A DNA stretch of 64,000 nt from Eledone cirrhosa (Eukaryota). Below are positions 12,754-25,249 of this stretch, piece by piece. The notes under the pieces were generated by a model. That model did no database searches. It was not told the DNA's origin and saw only the letters and a list, made by a program, of their open reading frames with translations. How positions within the stretch are numbered: the first letter of the stretch is position 1; the number at the start of each line of letters is the position of its first letter. The position numbers and the translations under genes are program-made. Where the stretch lies: the NCBI GenBank assembly GCA_964016885.1, contig OZ024741.1, forward strand, positions 18,786,001 to 18,850,000, written 5' to 3'.

Positions 12754-13956
12754 ATGATTAGTTTCACTAAATCGATTCCATCCATAATGAACTCTTTCAA
12801 CAATTTGGAGGAGTTAGAAGTTGGTCAAGAGGATCTCCACTCTTTAAAATCAAAAAAGAAACGCATGGGCCTCATGGATGCCCTTAATCATTTGTCAATG
12901 GATGATTTGATTAAAAAGGTGAAACAAGCAGAAAAACAGGTCCGATTTTTGTCCACAGAAACATCCATGTTTGAGAGATATCTGGAAGATAAGATTCATT
13001 CTAGTGGTAGTGGTGGTGGTAGCGATGAATCAAGTTCTGGTTTTGGCTCACAGACAGCTGCAAGATCTCAGACGACATCTCCGACACCATATCCGACGGG
13101 CATTATTGGTGTGGCTAGGAAAGTAGGTACTATAACTACCGATCAGAAATATTTAATAGCTCGATATTATATCATGATATTGAAGGACGAATTAAAAGTA
13201 TCAAAAAAAACAGCGCAACATTTCATTTCCTTGCATGTAGCTTTGCTTGAAAATTACAGCGAAACTTTGTTAGATATTCCGATAGAAAAACATGAAATGG
13301 AACTGGAATTCAATTATTTGATTAACGCGAAATCAAGCATCCCATTTCTGCATAAATGGCAGAAATATGTCACCGCAAAAAATACTAAAAAAGAGAGTTT
13401 AATTTGTTTGATAAAGCTGCGGAATACCAGTTTGGTAAATAAAATTAAGAAACTAATTATGATAAAGAAATATCGGGACGAGGTTGATCCCATTGAATTC
13501 TACAGCAAATGGACAGAAAAAAGGACACTTATAGAAGAAATTCAGAGCCTTAACAAACACAAATCTCGTCTGAGAAGAGCTCTAGTACCTATTGAAAGAT
13601 ACGCTTATGAGAAAAAACAAGAACTTGAAAACAATGTCAAGCAAGGTGAAGAATTTCGTAAGAAAATTCTGCGAGAGAATAACAGTTTAGCTTACTTGTC
13701 AGGCAAACATTTTGAAGATGAAGCTGGCGAAAGTTACGAAAAGGTTAAAAACAAACGACTGAAAGAACTTTTGGAAAACTACAGAGTGCCGTCTATTCTA
13801 GATTATGTTGTTTTAGTAAAAGGCAATAAAGAATGGAAAGAACTTATTGAGAAGTGGAAACAGAAAGTGAAAGTGGCTGAAATGGTGTACAGGGGAAATT
13901 TAGTGAAATGGAATAATATTGTTATTGGCTTTAAAAAACTTAGCCTTAAATTATAA
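12754..13956 (+). CDS. CCDC113: Intronless CCDC113/CFAP263-like coiled-coil (DUF4201) ciliary protein, 400 aa
   Basis: Non-repetitive 400-codon ORF. L.TETSMFERY, TTDQKY.IA, IKLRNTSL and the C-terminal NYRVPSILDYV...WKQKVKVAEM match remembered CCDC113-family motifs in order. No database search run. Confidence 0.75.
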   Translation: MISFTKSIPSIMNSFNNLEELEVGQEDLHSLKSKKKRMGLMDALNHLSMDDLIKKVKQAEKQVRFLSTETSMFERYLEDKIHSSGSGGGSDESSSGFGSQTAARSQTTSPTPYPTGIIGVARKVGTITTDQKYLIARYYIMILKDELKVSKKTAQHFISLHVALLENYSETLLDIPIEKHEMELEFNYLINAKSSIPFLHKWQKYVTAKNTKKESLICLIKLRNTSLVNKIKKLIMIKKYRDEVDPIEFYSKWTEKRTLIEEIQSLNKHKSRLRRALVPIERYAYEKKQELENNVKQGEEFRKKILRENNSLAYLSGKHFEDEAGESYEKVKNKRLKELLENYRVPSILDYVVLVKGNKEWKELIEKWKQKVKVAEMVYRGNLVKWNNIVIGFKKLSLKL

Positions 13957-14129
13957 TGTTTGCTGTCATTGTTGTTCTATTTTGATTGTATTTAATATAT
14001 CTTGTGCTAATTTGGTACCCGGTAAGGGTAATTAGACTCATACCAAGGTAGACATGATCCTTTTCTGAGTATCGAGAATCACTTGATATCGATGCCTCCC
14101 AGATGGACATCAATATGAAAAGCGATAGT

Positions 14130-14455
14130 TAAACTTGAGCGGGTGGTTGGTCCACCCCTTCTCGAGTCTTGACTTTAAAATGTTAACTAAGGGTGTGTCA
14201 ACTGTTTCTTGTTTGAGGTTGTTCCAGTGGTTGATCGCACGTACAGAAGTGATTCCTAGAAGTTGGTTGGTATTATATCTGGATCTTCCGGTTGTGTCCT
14301 CGGGTAGTCCCGCTAAGTGCCTCTCTCAACACTGCATTGTCGCAGATTGGACACCTGCTCTATTGTACTTTACCCAACTCTTTTAGTATTTTAAAAGTTT
14401 GTATGATGTCTGCCCTCTGCTTCCTATACTCCAGTGTCGGGAGTCCCAAAGCCTG
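14130..14455 (-). mobile_element. CR1-group LINE 3' fragment
   Basis: Minus strand LGLPTLEYRKQRADIIQTFKI...SVRAINHWNNL. Confidence 0.75.
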
Positions 14456-14956
14456 TAAGGTAGTGAAAAGAGCCCATAGACGAGGCGTGTTGCTTTTCGC
14501 TGCACATTTTCAATATTTTAACCATCGTAGTTGTTGTAGTTGTTGTTATTATCATTGTCGTTGTTGTAGCTGTTGCTTTTTAGCCCCTGGTCAGCCTTGA
14601 TCCAGTAGACATTACATCAAAGATTATACAACTATGATAATCACATCTTATCTATACATAAATATCTCTGACAAAATTATATAACAAGTTCATCCTTCTT
14701 TAAAACAATAAAGTGATTGGAGCGACATTTGGTAGTTATATCTAGCAGTTGGAGAGACCACATACAGCCTCTCTGACTGGTTTGTACGCAGTGTATTCTG
14801 AAAATAATGTCACACAGTCCCATGTTAGGAGTTTGTATTAAGACATTGGTTGTGTTATCGGGTAAAGTACGCCTGGCCACGGAAAAACACTGGTGCCTCT
14901 GTCCACATTTTCAGTTTCCAGCGGTAAGGATAAAAGTGAATCCAAACTAATTTGTT

Positions 14957-15016
<60 letters not shown>

Positions 15017-15053
15017 AGAAAATGCGAAGTAGTTTCAGTCCTTTATTGATAAT

Positions 15054-15128
15054 GCTGTGATACATATTTCAATGACGACAGTGGCCACACGATGCCGTGT
15101 ACCCAGTGCTGTGACATCATCAGACAGC
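15054..15128 (-). ncRNA. Minimal type-I hammerhead ribozyme-like motif followed by AATAAA
   Basis: GCTGT-CTGATGA-(long stem II region)-GAAA-TATGTA-TC-ACAGC-ATTATC-AATAAA: 5-bp stem I, AUC triplet, base of stem II mispaired. Confidence 0.6.
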
Positions 15129-15138
15129 TTCTTATATA

Positions 15139-15264
15139 ATAAGGTTACGTTCCCGAGGCAATCCAAACTGGAACGACAAGGGAACGGGCGAGGGATTCAA
15201 AAACACACGCCTTGTCCGTTCCCTTGTCGTTTCATTTTGGATTGCCTCGGGAAAGTAACCTTAT
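15139..15264. repeat. 126-bp hairpin
   Basis: ataaggttacgttcccgaggcaatccaaa..acgacaagggaacgg / ccgttcccttgtcgtt..tttggattgcctcgggaaagtaaccttat. Confidence 0.88.
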
Positions 15265-15318
15265 ACGAAAGAACTTTGACAATGTATGAACAACCACCCG
15301 GTTGTACGCAATGTATAA

Positions 15319-15365
<47 letters not shown>

Positions 15366-15368
<3 letters not shown>

Positions 15369-15517
15369 TCTTCTATTCTAGGGCGGATAAAATTCCCGAG
15401 ATCCATGGACGAGTTCTCTACAGCGGTCTCTGTCCCTCATTATCGCTGCCATGTCCTGCGTCTCCAACAGACCAGGCATCAACATACGTTAACCTTGGTC
15501 TTTCTCTTCTAGTGTGT

Positions 15518-15568
<51 letters not shown>

Positions 15569-15752
15569 AGTCGTCTGCTCCATAAAAAGCTTGACCTCTT
15601 CTTGCACTTTATGTTTGTTCCTTCCTTGTACAAGATCTCGAATGGGTTCTGAGAGATCCGAAAGCCCGTGAAAGACCTGTCCATAAATATTACAATGATG
15701 TCTCATTTCGTTCTTGTTCCAACTTTTGGTTTGCTTATTTTGTATGTTCATA

Positions 15753-15757
<5 letters not shown>
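15366..15757 (-). mobile_element. Degenerate RTE-like LINE C-terminal fragment split by (TA)n
   Basis: Minus strand ..TRRERPRLTYVD.. resembles the RTE RGRP..TY.D motif. Confidence 0.45.
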
Positions 15758-15803
<46 letters not shown>

Positions 15804-15890
15804 TTCTTCTTCGGCTACTTATTACTCAGAGAGTCGTAGGCAGAGTCCGCAAACACTCCTTCCATCGGATCCCGACAGAAGCAACAGTCT

Positions 15891-15957
<67 letters not shown>

Positions 15958-16158
15958 TATATATATAATTGGAGGCTTGGTAAAATCGAATCTTTGGCGG
16001 TGTGCAAGCAAATTCGACCTACGATATGAATGAGTTAGCAAAGCACTCGACAAGGTAGGTCCTAAGAGTAATAACATACGTTTAAATAGCTTGACAAATT
16101 GAACATTGTGGCAGGCAAAATCTAACACAATACCAAAGCAACGAAAGAACTAACAGGT

Positions 16159-17104
<946 letters not shown>

Positions 17105-17997
17105 TCTATATATATAAAACTGTGGTTGTCTGTCTGTCTATCGATTTTTGGCACACATCTCCTCTTAGAATCTCTCACGGAATTGCACCGAAATTGCTAT
17201 ACTTGTACATTGAGCCCTAGCGAAGACATCGGGAAAAAAAAATTTCAAATTGACCCACCCTATGTGACGAAATCGAATATAATGTATCGATTTTTTAGCG
17301 TAAGTGATCAGTTATTTCCCTTTGTTCTGTTTACATTTAGCGTCTGCGTGCAAAAATTAAAAAAATTCCGCTGGCTTTCTCAGCGTTTAAAATGACATTA
17401 ACACAATACACGATTTAAAGACTACGTAAAACAAGCCTTTTAAAACAATATTTTTACTTGAAAACAAGGCTATTTAAAAACTACTTAAAACAAGCAAATA
17501 TTTCGTAAAAAAAAGCAAAAATTATATAAGTTTATATAAAATATATGTATCTGTAAATTTCGTTAGGCGTGCAGACAGACAGTCGTGCAGAGAGGTGATA
17601 TAGGCGTGCAGACAGATAGTCGTGCAGAGAGGTGATATAGGCGTGCAGACAGACAGTCGTGCAGAGAGGTGATATAGGCGTGCAGACAGACATAACTGAT
17701 AATTTGGTTACGCTAATGTTTTTCTCTGCGTTGCAGTGTTTACATTTTCGATCTTTGTTAATAAATAACCAGTGCAGTTTCTATCCCCAGCATCCTCTTT
17801 TGTTATAACATTCGGGTTATCGTTATGTTTTCTTAACTTCATAAGGCATATTGTTGGTTGAGGGAATATTAATCAAAAACACCACATGCAAGTCTGCACA
17901 GTAGACACTACAGTTTTTAAGCCAAGAAAGAAACTTAACATTGTAACTTTAACACAGCTACTGAGCGACCTCGAGCAACGCCGGGCTTTACTGCTAG
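17105..17997 (+). mobile_element. Non-autonomous Helitron with an internal 37-bp tandem repeat (17564-17692)
   Basis: 5' a|TCtctatatataaaa; 3' imperfect hairpin ctcgagcaacgccggg then CTAG|t; inserted between A and T. Confidence 0.8.
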
Positions 17998-18341
17998 TAT
18001 ATTATAAAGAAAACGAAAAATCAGTGATGCATCTGGACTTAGTTTATTTCGTGTTACAAATGTTTCGCCGGCATGTAGCTCGAGTCATGGTCCTTGTATG
18101 GATCTGGCTGATTCTACTTCTGCGGGTTCTTTCAGACACGGGTGTTATGTCCGGAGCAAATTTTATCACGTGTTAAAATTTGCTCCGGACATAACACCCG
18201 TCTCTGAAAGAACCCGCAGAAGTAGAATCAGCCAGATCCATACAAGGACCATGACTCGAGCTACATGCCGGCGAAACATTTGTAACACGAAATAAACTAA
18301 GTCCAGATGCATCACTGATTTTTCGTTTTCTTTATAATATA
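17998..18341. repeat. 344-bp spacer-less palindrome (2 mismatches), Penelope-pLTR-like
   Basis: Centre cac|gtg at 18169/18170. The right arm is homologous to 32695-32881 and is followed by the ACTC..TCGAGTGCT tail. Confidence 0.93.
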
Positions 18342-18416
18342 TACACTCTACTCTGATGAATATCGAGTGCTAATTTTGGCATACCGCCTACGGAAGCACC
18401 ATAGCTACCACTATAC

Positions 18417-18477
<61 letters not shown>

Positions 18478-18517
18478 GATATTAAATAAATGGAAACTAT
18501 ATTTATAAAACCATATT

Positions 18518-18578
18518 TATTCTATTATATATATTTCAAAGGTACCAAAACTTTGGTAGGCTTTCATCAGATAAAATA
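18518..18578 (-). ncRNA. Minimal type-I hammerhead ribozyme (mirror copy)
   Basis: Reverse complement of 18709-18769. Confidence 0.75.
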
Positions 18579-18708
18579 CAAAGCTTGTTTTATAAATATT
18601 GACATAACCAAGAAAAAGATACCTTAACGGTTCAAGTTTTCCATGGAAAACTTGAACCGTTAAGGTATCTTTTTCTTGGTTATGTCAATATTTATAAAAC
18701 AAGCTTTG

Positions 18709-18769
18709 TATTTTATCTGATGAAAGCCTACCAAAGTTTTGGTACCTTTGAAATATATATAATAGAATA
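18709..18769 (+). ncRNA. Minimal type-I hammerhead ribozyme
   Basis: TATTTTAT-CTGATGA-AAGCCTACCAAAGTTTTGGTACCTTT-GAAA-TATATA-TA-ATAGAATA: 8-bp stem I, paired stem II, palindromic stem III, AUA triplet; AATAAA overlaps the 3' end. Confidence 0.78.
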
Positions 18770-18905
18770 AATATGGTTTTATAAATATAGTTTCCATTTA
18801 TTTAATATCATTGAATATTATACTCTAGAAAACTTGTCGAGTGCTCTGAATCAGTTATAAACATGTATATTTGCTGAATTACCAACAAATTGAATATCCC
18901 TTTTG

Positions 18906-18957
<52 letters not shown>

Positions 18958-18960
<3 letters not shown>

Positions 18961-19295
18961 TCATCATCATCACCATCATCATCATTTTACGTCCGCTTTT
19001 CCCTGCTTGCAAAGGTGGGACTGGTCCTATTCAGCACAGCATCTCTCCACTTGTCACGGTCCTTCGTCATTTCCACCGTGAGTTTCAGCGATCTGAGGTC
19101 TGCTCTCACCACCTCCGCCCATCTTTTTCGTAGTCTACCCTACTGCGTCTTCCTTCTACTGGGATTTCTTGGCACTTCTTTACCCAGCGATCATCCTCCA
19201 TGCGCATCACATGTCCATACCATCTCAGCCTTCTCTCCTGCACACCGCAACTTATCCCTCTTATACCCAGTTTCTTTCTCAACTCGTCTATGCTC
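18958..19295 (-). mobile_element. RTE-clade LINE 3' end with (TGA)n tail
   Basis: ERRLRWYGHVMRMEDDRWVKK; homologous to 63330-63600. Confidence 0.88.
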
Positions 19296-19306
19296 CACAC
19301 ACACAC

Positions 19307-19369
<63 letters not shown>

Positions 19370-19632
19370 TACAAACATATGTTGCCCCCCCCCCCCCCCC
19401 AAAAAAAAAATGTTAAAGACCGATACATCTTTGTACCATTATGCATATACTTTATATATGCCCTGCATATAAGCTATATATTGTGTTGTCCACGAGAAAG
19501 GCAAAAGCCGATACAGCATAGCACCAATGATGTCACAACTCCTTTATTTTCTTCAAACTAAGTTGACTGGAGCAACGTGAATTAAAGTGTCTTGCTCAAG
19601 GAAACAATGCGCCACCCAGTCCGGGAATTCAG

Positions 19633-19822
19633 CACACGCCCCTTACGATGAGGAACATAACACCCAAATTACTAACTCACACGTCCCTTACGATGCGGAA
19701 CGTAACACCCGAATCACTAACTCGCACGCCCCTTACGATGAGGAACATAACACCCAAATCACTAACTCACATGCCCCTTACGACGAGGAAACTAACACCC
19801 AAATCACTAACTCACACCCCTT
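19633..19822. repeat. 45-bp tandem repeat, about 4 copies, next to a SINE fragment
   Basis: ccttacga at 19641, 19686, 19731 and 19776. Confidence 0.9.
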
Positions 19823-20035
19823 CACATGTATCCACATATTCTTATAACCTTTTTCCCAGTACACTTTCTTGTGGGAGATTTACTTTCTGTTTCTTTGGCG
19901 GATTTTATGGAGGTTTTACAGGATGGGTTGCTAATCCAACGCTTAACCTTCCTAGTTTCTCAGTCAGGCTTCGTGGAGCTGCACCAGTTATGAGGGGGTG
20001 CCCAGCAAGTCACAGGTGACAGGTCACATATCGTG

Positions 20036-20966
20036 CCTGCCAGTGACCCAACATACAACGACTGCCAGTGACTCAACATACAACGACTGCCAGTGACTCG
20101 ACATACAACGACTGCCAATGACTCGTCCTACAAGGACTGCCAATGACTCGTCCTACAAGGACTGCCAGTGACCCGACATACAACGACTGCCAGTGACCCG
20201 ACATACAACGACTGCCAGTGACTCGACATACAAGGACTGCCAGTGACTCGACATACAAGGACTGCCAATGACTCGACATACAACGACTGCCAGTGACTCG
20301 ACATACAAGGACTGCCAGTGACTCGACATACAAGGACTGCCAGTGACCCGACATACAAGGACTGCCAGTGACTCGACATACAAGGGCTGCCAGTGACTCG
20401 ACATACAAGGACTGCCAATGACTCGTCCTACAAGGACTGCCAATGACTCGTCCTACAAGGACTGCCAGTGACTCTACATACAAGGACTGCCAGTGACTCG
20501 ACATACAAGGACTGCCAGTGACTCGACATACAACGACTGCCAGTGACTCGACATACAACGACTGCCAGTGACTCGACATACAAGGACTGCCAATGACTCG
20601 ACATACAACGACTGCCAGTGACTCGACATACAAGGACTGCCAGTGACTCGACATACAAGGACTGCCAGTGACTCGACATACAACGACTACCAGTGACTCG
20701 ACATACAAGGACTGCCAATGACTCGACATACAACGACTGCCAGTGACTCGACATACAAGGACTGCCAGTGATTCGACATACAAGGACTGCCAGTGACCCG
20801 ACATACAAGGACTGCCAGTGACTCGACATACAAGGGCTGCCAGTGACTCGACATACAAGGACTGCCAATGACTCGTCCTACAAGGACTGCCAGTGACCCG
20901 ACATACAAGGACTGCCAGTGACTCGACATACAAGGACTGCCAGTGACTCGACAAACAACGACTGCA
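20036..20966. repeat. 25-bp minisatellite, about 37 copies
   Basis: Unit gactcgacatacaaggactgccagt. Confidence 0.96.
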
Positions 20967-21287
20967 ATGTAATAGACGCCGAAGAAGAAAGAACAGAAGA
21001 AGGGCTTGTCCGACAGAACTTCTTGTTGAACATTCGAGGATGACTTCAGACACAGGGAAACCTGTTGGGCAGAATTCCAAGAACTCATGGCAGCGAACAT
21101 TCCAGGAGGTTTTCAGACACACACTAATCTCTTGGACAGAATTCCAAGAACTCCTGGCTGTGAACATTCCAGGAAGTCTTTAGACATAGAGAAACTATTT
21201 GGACAAGTGCAAGAAGAACTGTAACAGATCTAACCCTGCTGGTTGGAGATTGCGGTCTTGCGCGGTTTACAACACAGGCAGACTTAA

Positions 21288-21974
21288 CCCTTTAGTATTT
21301 ACATTACTCTATATATACTATTGTATTATCACAGTAAAGGCTTTACCTCACATAATATCTCACATAACATTTACATTACTCTATATATACTATTGTATTA
21401 TCACAGTAAAGGCTCACATAATATCTCACATAACATTTACATTACTCTATATTTACTATTGTATTATCACAGTAAAGGCTTTACCTCACATAATATCTCA
21501 CATAACATTTACATTACTCTATATTACTATTGTATTATCACAGTAAAGGCTCACATAATATCTCACATAACATTTACATTACTCTATATTTTACTATTGT
21601 ATTATCACAGTAAAGGCTTTACCTCACATAATATCTCACATAACATTTACATTACTCTATATATACTATTGTATTTTCACAGTAAAGTCTTTACCTCACA
21701 TATAATTTACATTACTCTGTATATACTTTTGTATTTTCACAGTAAAGGCTTTACTTCACATATCTCACATAACATTTACATTACTCTATATTTACTATTG
21801 TATTTTCATGGTAAAGGCTTTACCTCGCATAATATCAAATCTATGAGATTTTGATATTATTTGATCTTAAGAAAAATACCTTAACATCAGTATGAGTGGC
21901 CGGTTATGGCTGGTTTTGAACAGAAAGAAGTGAGAGAATTCTGGCCGGATATGACTGGTTTAAATACTAAAGGG
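21288..21974. mobile_element. piggyBac-like MITE with an internally amplified ~65-71 bp tandem repeat
   Basis: TTAA|ccctttagtattt ... aaatactaaaggg|TTAA. A short copy lies at 62555-62732. Confidence 0.88.
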
Positions 21975-22039
21975 TTAAATCTAATACAGTGCATTTGAAC
22001 AAATGTCGATATATTTCTTGGTGTTATTTGTTTCAATGT

Positions 22040-22362
22040 GAAGGTGCGTGGATTTGTGGTGAGGATATTAGCTCACAATCATAAGGTCATGAGTTCGATT
22101 ACCAGCGGCTCGTTGTGTCCTTGAGCAGGACACTTCATTTCACGTTCTCCAGTCCACTCAGCTGGCAAAAATGAGTTGTACCTATAAATCGAAGGGCCAA
22201 CCTTGTCACATTTTGTGTCACGCTGAATGTCCCTGAGAACTACGTTAAGGGTACACTTGTCTGTGGAATGCTCAGCCACTTGCACATTAATTTCACGAGC
22301 AGAGTGATCCGTTGATCGTATCGACTGAAACACTCGTTGTCGTAATCGACGGAGTGCCAGTT
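22040..22362 (+). mobile_element. Second tRNA-derived SINE family
   Basis: Head with GAGTTCGATT B-box, then gtgtccttgagcaggacacttcatttcac. Related pieces near 19565, 36213 and 47810. Confidence 0.75.
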
Positions 22363-22451
22363 AGTATTTGTTTAAAAAAAAAACATTTATATTAGGTAGA
22401 TAACTAAAACGTTCTTCAGAGTTACCTCCCTTATCCACCAAAGCTGAAACA

Positions 22452-22985
22452 ATAATTGTTTCTACTTTTGGCCCAGGCCAGCAATTATCACAGTGCATTA
22501 CTGGTACTTTATTTCATCGACCCCGTCAGGATGAAAAGTCAAAGTTAACCTCGACAAGATTTGAAATCAGAATGGCAAGGGCCGCAACTCTATGCGTCAA
22601 AGCATGGTGTCCGACCCTCTACCGATACTGCCAATCCACCACCCTTACAAAGCATGGTGTCTGACCCTCTACCGATACTGCCAATGCACCACCTTACAAA
22701 GCCATGGTGTCTGACCCTCTACCGATACTGCCAATTGCACCACCCTTACAAAGCATGGTGTCTGACCCTCTACCGATACTGCAATGCACCACCCTTTACA
22801 AAGCATGGTGTCTGACCCTCTACCGATACTGCCAATGCACCACCCTTACAAAGCATGGTGTCTGACCCCTCTACCGATACTGCCAATCCACCACCCTTAC
22901 AAAACATGGTGTCTGACCCTCTACCGATACTGCCAATCCACCACCCTTACAAAGCATGGTGTCCGACCCTCTACCGATACTGTAA
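22452..22985 (-). repeat. SINE whose 5' head is amplified as a ~50-bp tandem array (22599-22985)
   Basis: Unit aaagcatggtgtctgaccctctaccgatactgccaatccaccacccttac, about 8 copies. Confidence 0.9.
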
Positions 22986-23137
22986 TGCTTTCTAATTTTC
23001 AAACCGAAGTACTTAACTGACACTTCATTTTATCGACCTCGAAGAATGAAAGGCAAGGTTGATCTCAGTGGGATTTGAACTCAGTGTAAAAGAGCTGTAA
23101 CAAATGCCATGTCATTGCGTGTGCGTGTGAGTGTGCG

Positions 23138-23175
<38 letters not shown>

Positions 23176-23296
23176 TATCCCGGGTTCAATCGGGGGTAAC
23201 CACAGTAGCAGAGTATAAATATTTATGATGATTTCTCCCGAATGAAACAGTTCTAGTCCTGTAGAAGCCATTTATATATATATATATATATATAAA

Positions 23297-23474
23297 ATAA
23301 TTGGTTCTACTTTTGGCACAAGGCCACCAATTACCCACTGTATTCCTGGTACTTTATTTTATCGACCCCATAAGGATGAAAGGCAAAGTTAACCTCGGCG
23401 GGATTCGAACTCAGAACGTTCCATGCTGCAAAGCAAGGTGTCTGACGCTCTACCGATATTGCCAATCGACCGCC
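23297..23474 (-). mobile_element. tRNA-derived SINE copy
   Basis: Core and head present. Confidence 0.85.
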
Positions 23475-23521
23475 AAATAGTGGTAGTTAAGACGGGATTA
23501 AATCACTATAATTGTTTATTG

Positions 23522-23570
23522 CATTATATATATTTCTGTTACATGGTTATTCATGTGACTTCGTCAGATG
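23522..23570 (-). ncRNA. Minimal type-I hammerhead ribozyme-like motif followed by AATAAA
   Basis: CAT-CTGACGA-AGTCACATGAATAACCATGTAACA-GAAA-TATATA-TA-ATG-C-AATAAA. Stem II ACATG/CATGT with A.A at its base; stem I only 3 bp. Confidence 0.62.
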
Positions 23571-24175
23571 ATTACGCAATCATTGATGCAGTTATACAAC
23601 CATTGTGATATGCTGGTGACCATGCACGTCCACCCAGTGGTGAAGTACATCATCATATGGATCTTCTGTATGTTATAGTAGTTTATGTACTAGTTTTCTG
23701 ATTGGTTACCTAGTCTTTAAGAATCTTCTAGTTTTTGACTGGCCTGTGGTTACTCTCATCATGTGGTCCATCGCTTCATCGGCGTTCCTTACTTGTTTCG
23801 TTTTCGGACAGGTGTCGTTATGTCTGGTGTATGCCCGCAGTCGTACATGTAGGTACATGTCTATGTAAACCTGGGTATGGATTATTATACAATATTATAG
23901 GTGATATATCTTACTGTATTTTTATATTAATATATTTGTGTGTGGATTATTATCCAATAATACATTACTATATTCTTATGTTATCATATCTTTTCATCAA
24001 TACCAAGTTAACTTTGCCTTTCATCCTTACTGGGTCGATAAAATAAAGTACCAGTAATACACTAGGATAATTGCTGGCCTTGTGCCAAAAGTAGAAACAA
24101 TTTTTATTAATATAGCTGTAATAATTATCATTACTTTTATAATTAGTTAGGCAACCGTCATTATCATTATCCCTG

Positions 24176-24525
24176 ACTACATATATGGCTACTATAACGG
24201 CCTATACATATGGCTACTATAACGGCCTATACATATGGCTACTATAACGGCCTATACATATGGCTACTATAACGGCCTATACATATGGCTAATATAACGG
24301 CCTATACACATGGCTACTATAACGGCCTATACATATAGCTAATATAACGGCCTATACATATGGCTACTATAACGGCTTATACATATGGCTACTATAACGG
24401 CCTATAAATATGGCTAATATAACGGCCTATACACATGGCTACTATAACGGCCTATACATCTATACATATAGCTAATATAACGGCCTATACATATAGCTAC
24501 TATAACGACCTATACATATAACTAA
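24176..24525. repeat. 25-bp minisatellite, about 13 copies
   Basis: Unit tacatatggctactataacggccta. Confidence 0.94.
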
Positions 24526-24566
24526 TATTTCTCTTTATATTCTCTTATATCCTCCATATTTTCTTA

Positions 24567-24716
24567 CGCCATGCTCTGACGCATAGAGTTACGGCCCTTG
24601 CCATTCTGAGTTCAAATCCCGCCGAGGTTAACTTTGCCTTTCATCCTTACGGGGTTGATAAAATGAAGTACCAGTAATGCACAGGGTAATTGCTGGCCTT
24701 GTGCCAAAAGGAGAAA
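24567..24716 (+). mobile_element. tRNA-derived SINE followed by a T-rich tract
   Basis: B-box and core present. Confidence 0.87.
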
Positions 24717-24797
24717 GTTATTTTTTATTTTTTATTTTTTATTTTTTTTTTATTTTTTATTTTTTATTTTTTATTTTTTTTTTTTTATTTTTTTTTT

Positions 24798-24832
<35 letters not shown>

Positions 24833-25173
24833 TGTATTTTAAAAAGATTTTTATAATATTTTAAAATATATTTTAAATATCTTTTTTATATTTATAAAGA
24901 TTTTTTTAAATATATTTTTGTTTAAATTTGTTATGCTTTCTTATATTTTTTTTATATATATCTTATATATTCCTATATGTTTATATACTTGCCTATCACA
25001 GTTGATCCTATACACTATTTTATTTTAATATATGTCTGTGTGTACAGAACTATATATGCACCTATCTGTCTATATATACGCCGGTCTGTGTTTTATGCAT
25101 AATGTTTAAATATTTGGTAGTACGGGCTCGACGTCACCAATGCTGGCACCAATACTGTTGTCATAGTTGTTAT

Positions 25174-25238
<65 letters not shown>

Positions 25239-25249
25239 TGTATGTATGT

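Larger units (their letters stand above)
18469..18818. repeat. 350-bp spacer-less palindrome, no mismatch seen
   Basis: Centre cca|tgg at 18643/18644. (TA)n on the left, tail motif on the right. Confidence 0.95.

Noticed and set aside
18353-18400. CTGATGA at 18353 as a hammerhead
   Set aside because: No stem II plus GAAA follows; it lies in the loop of the tail hairpin.
20073-21167. 364-aa repetitive ORF
   Set aside because: The 25-bp unit is not a multiple of three, and all minus-strand frames are similarly open.
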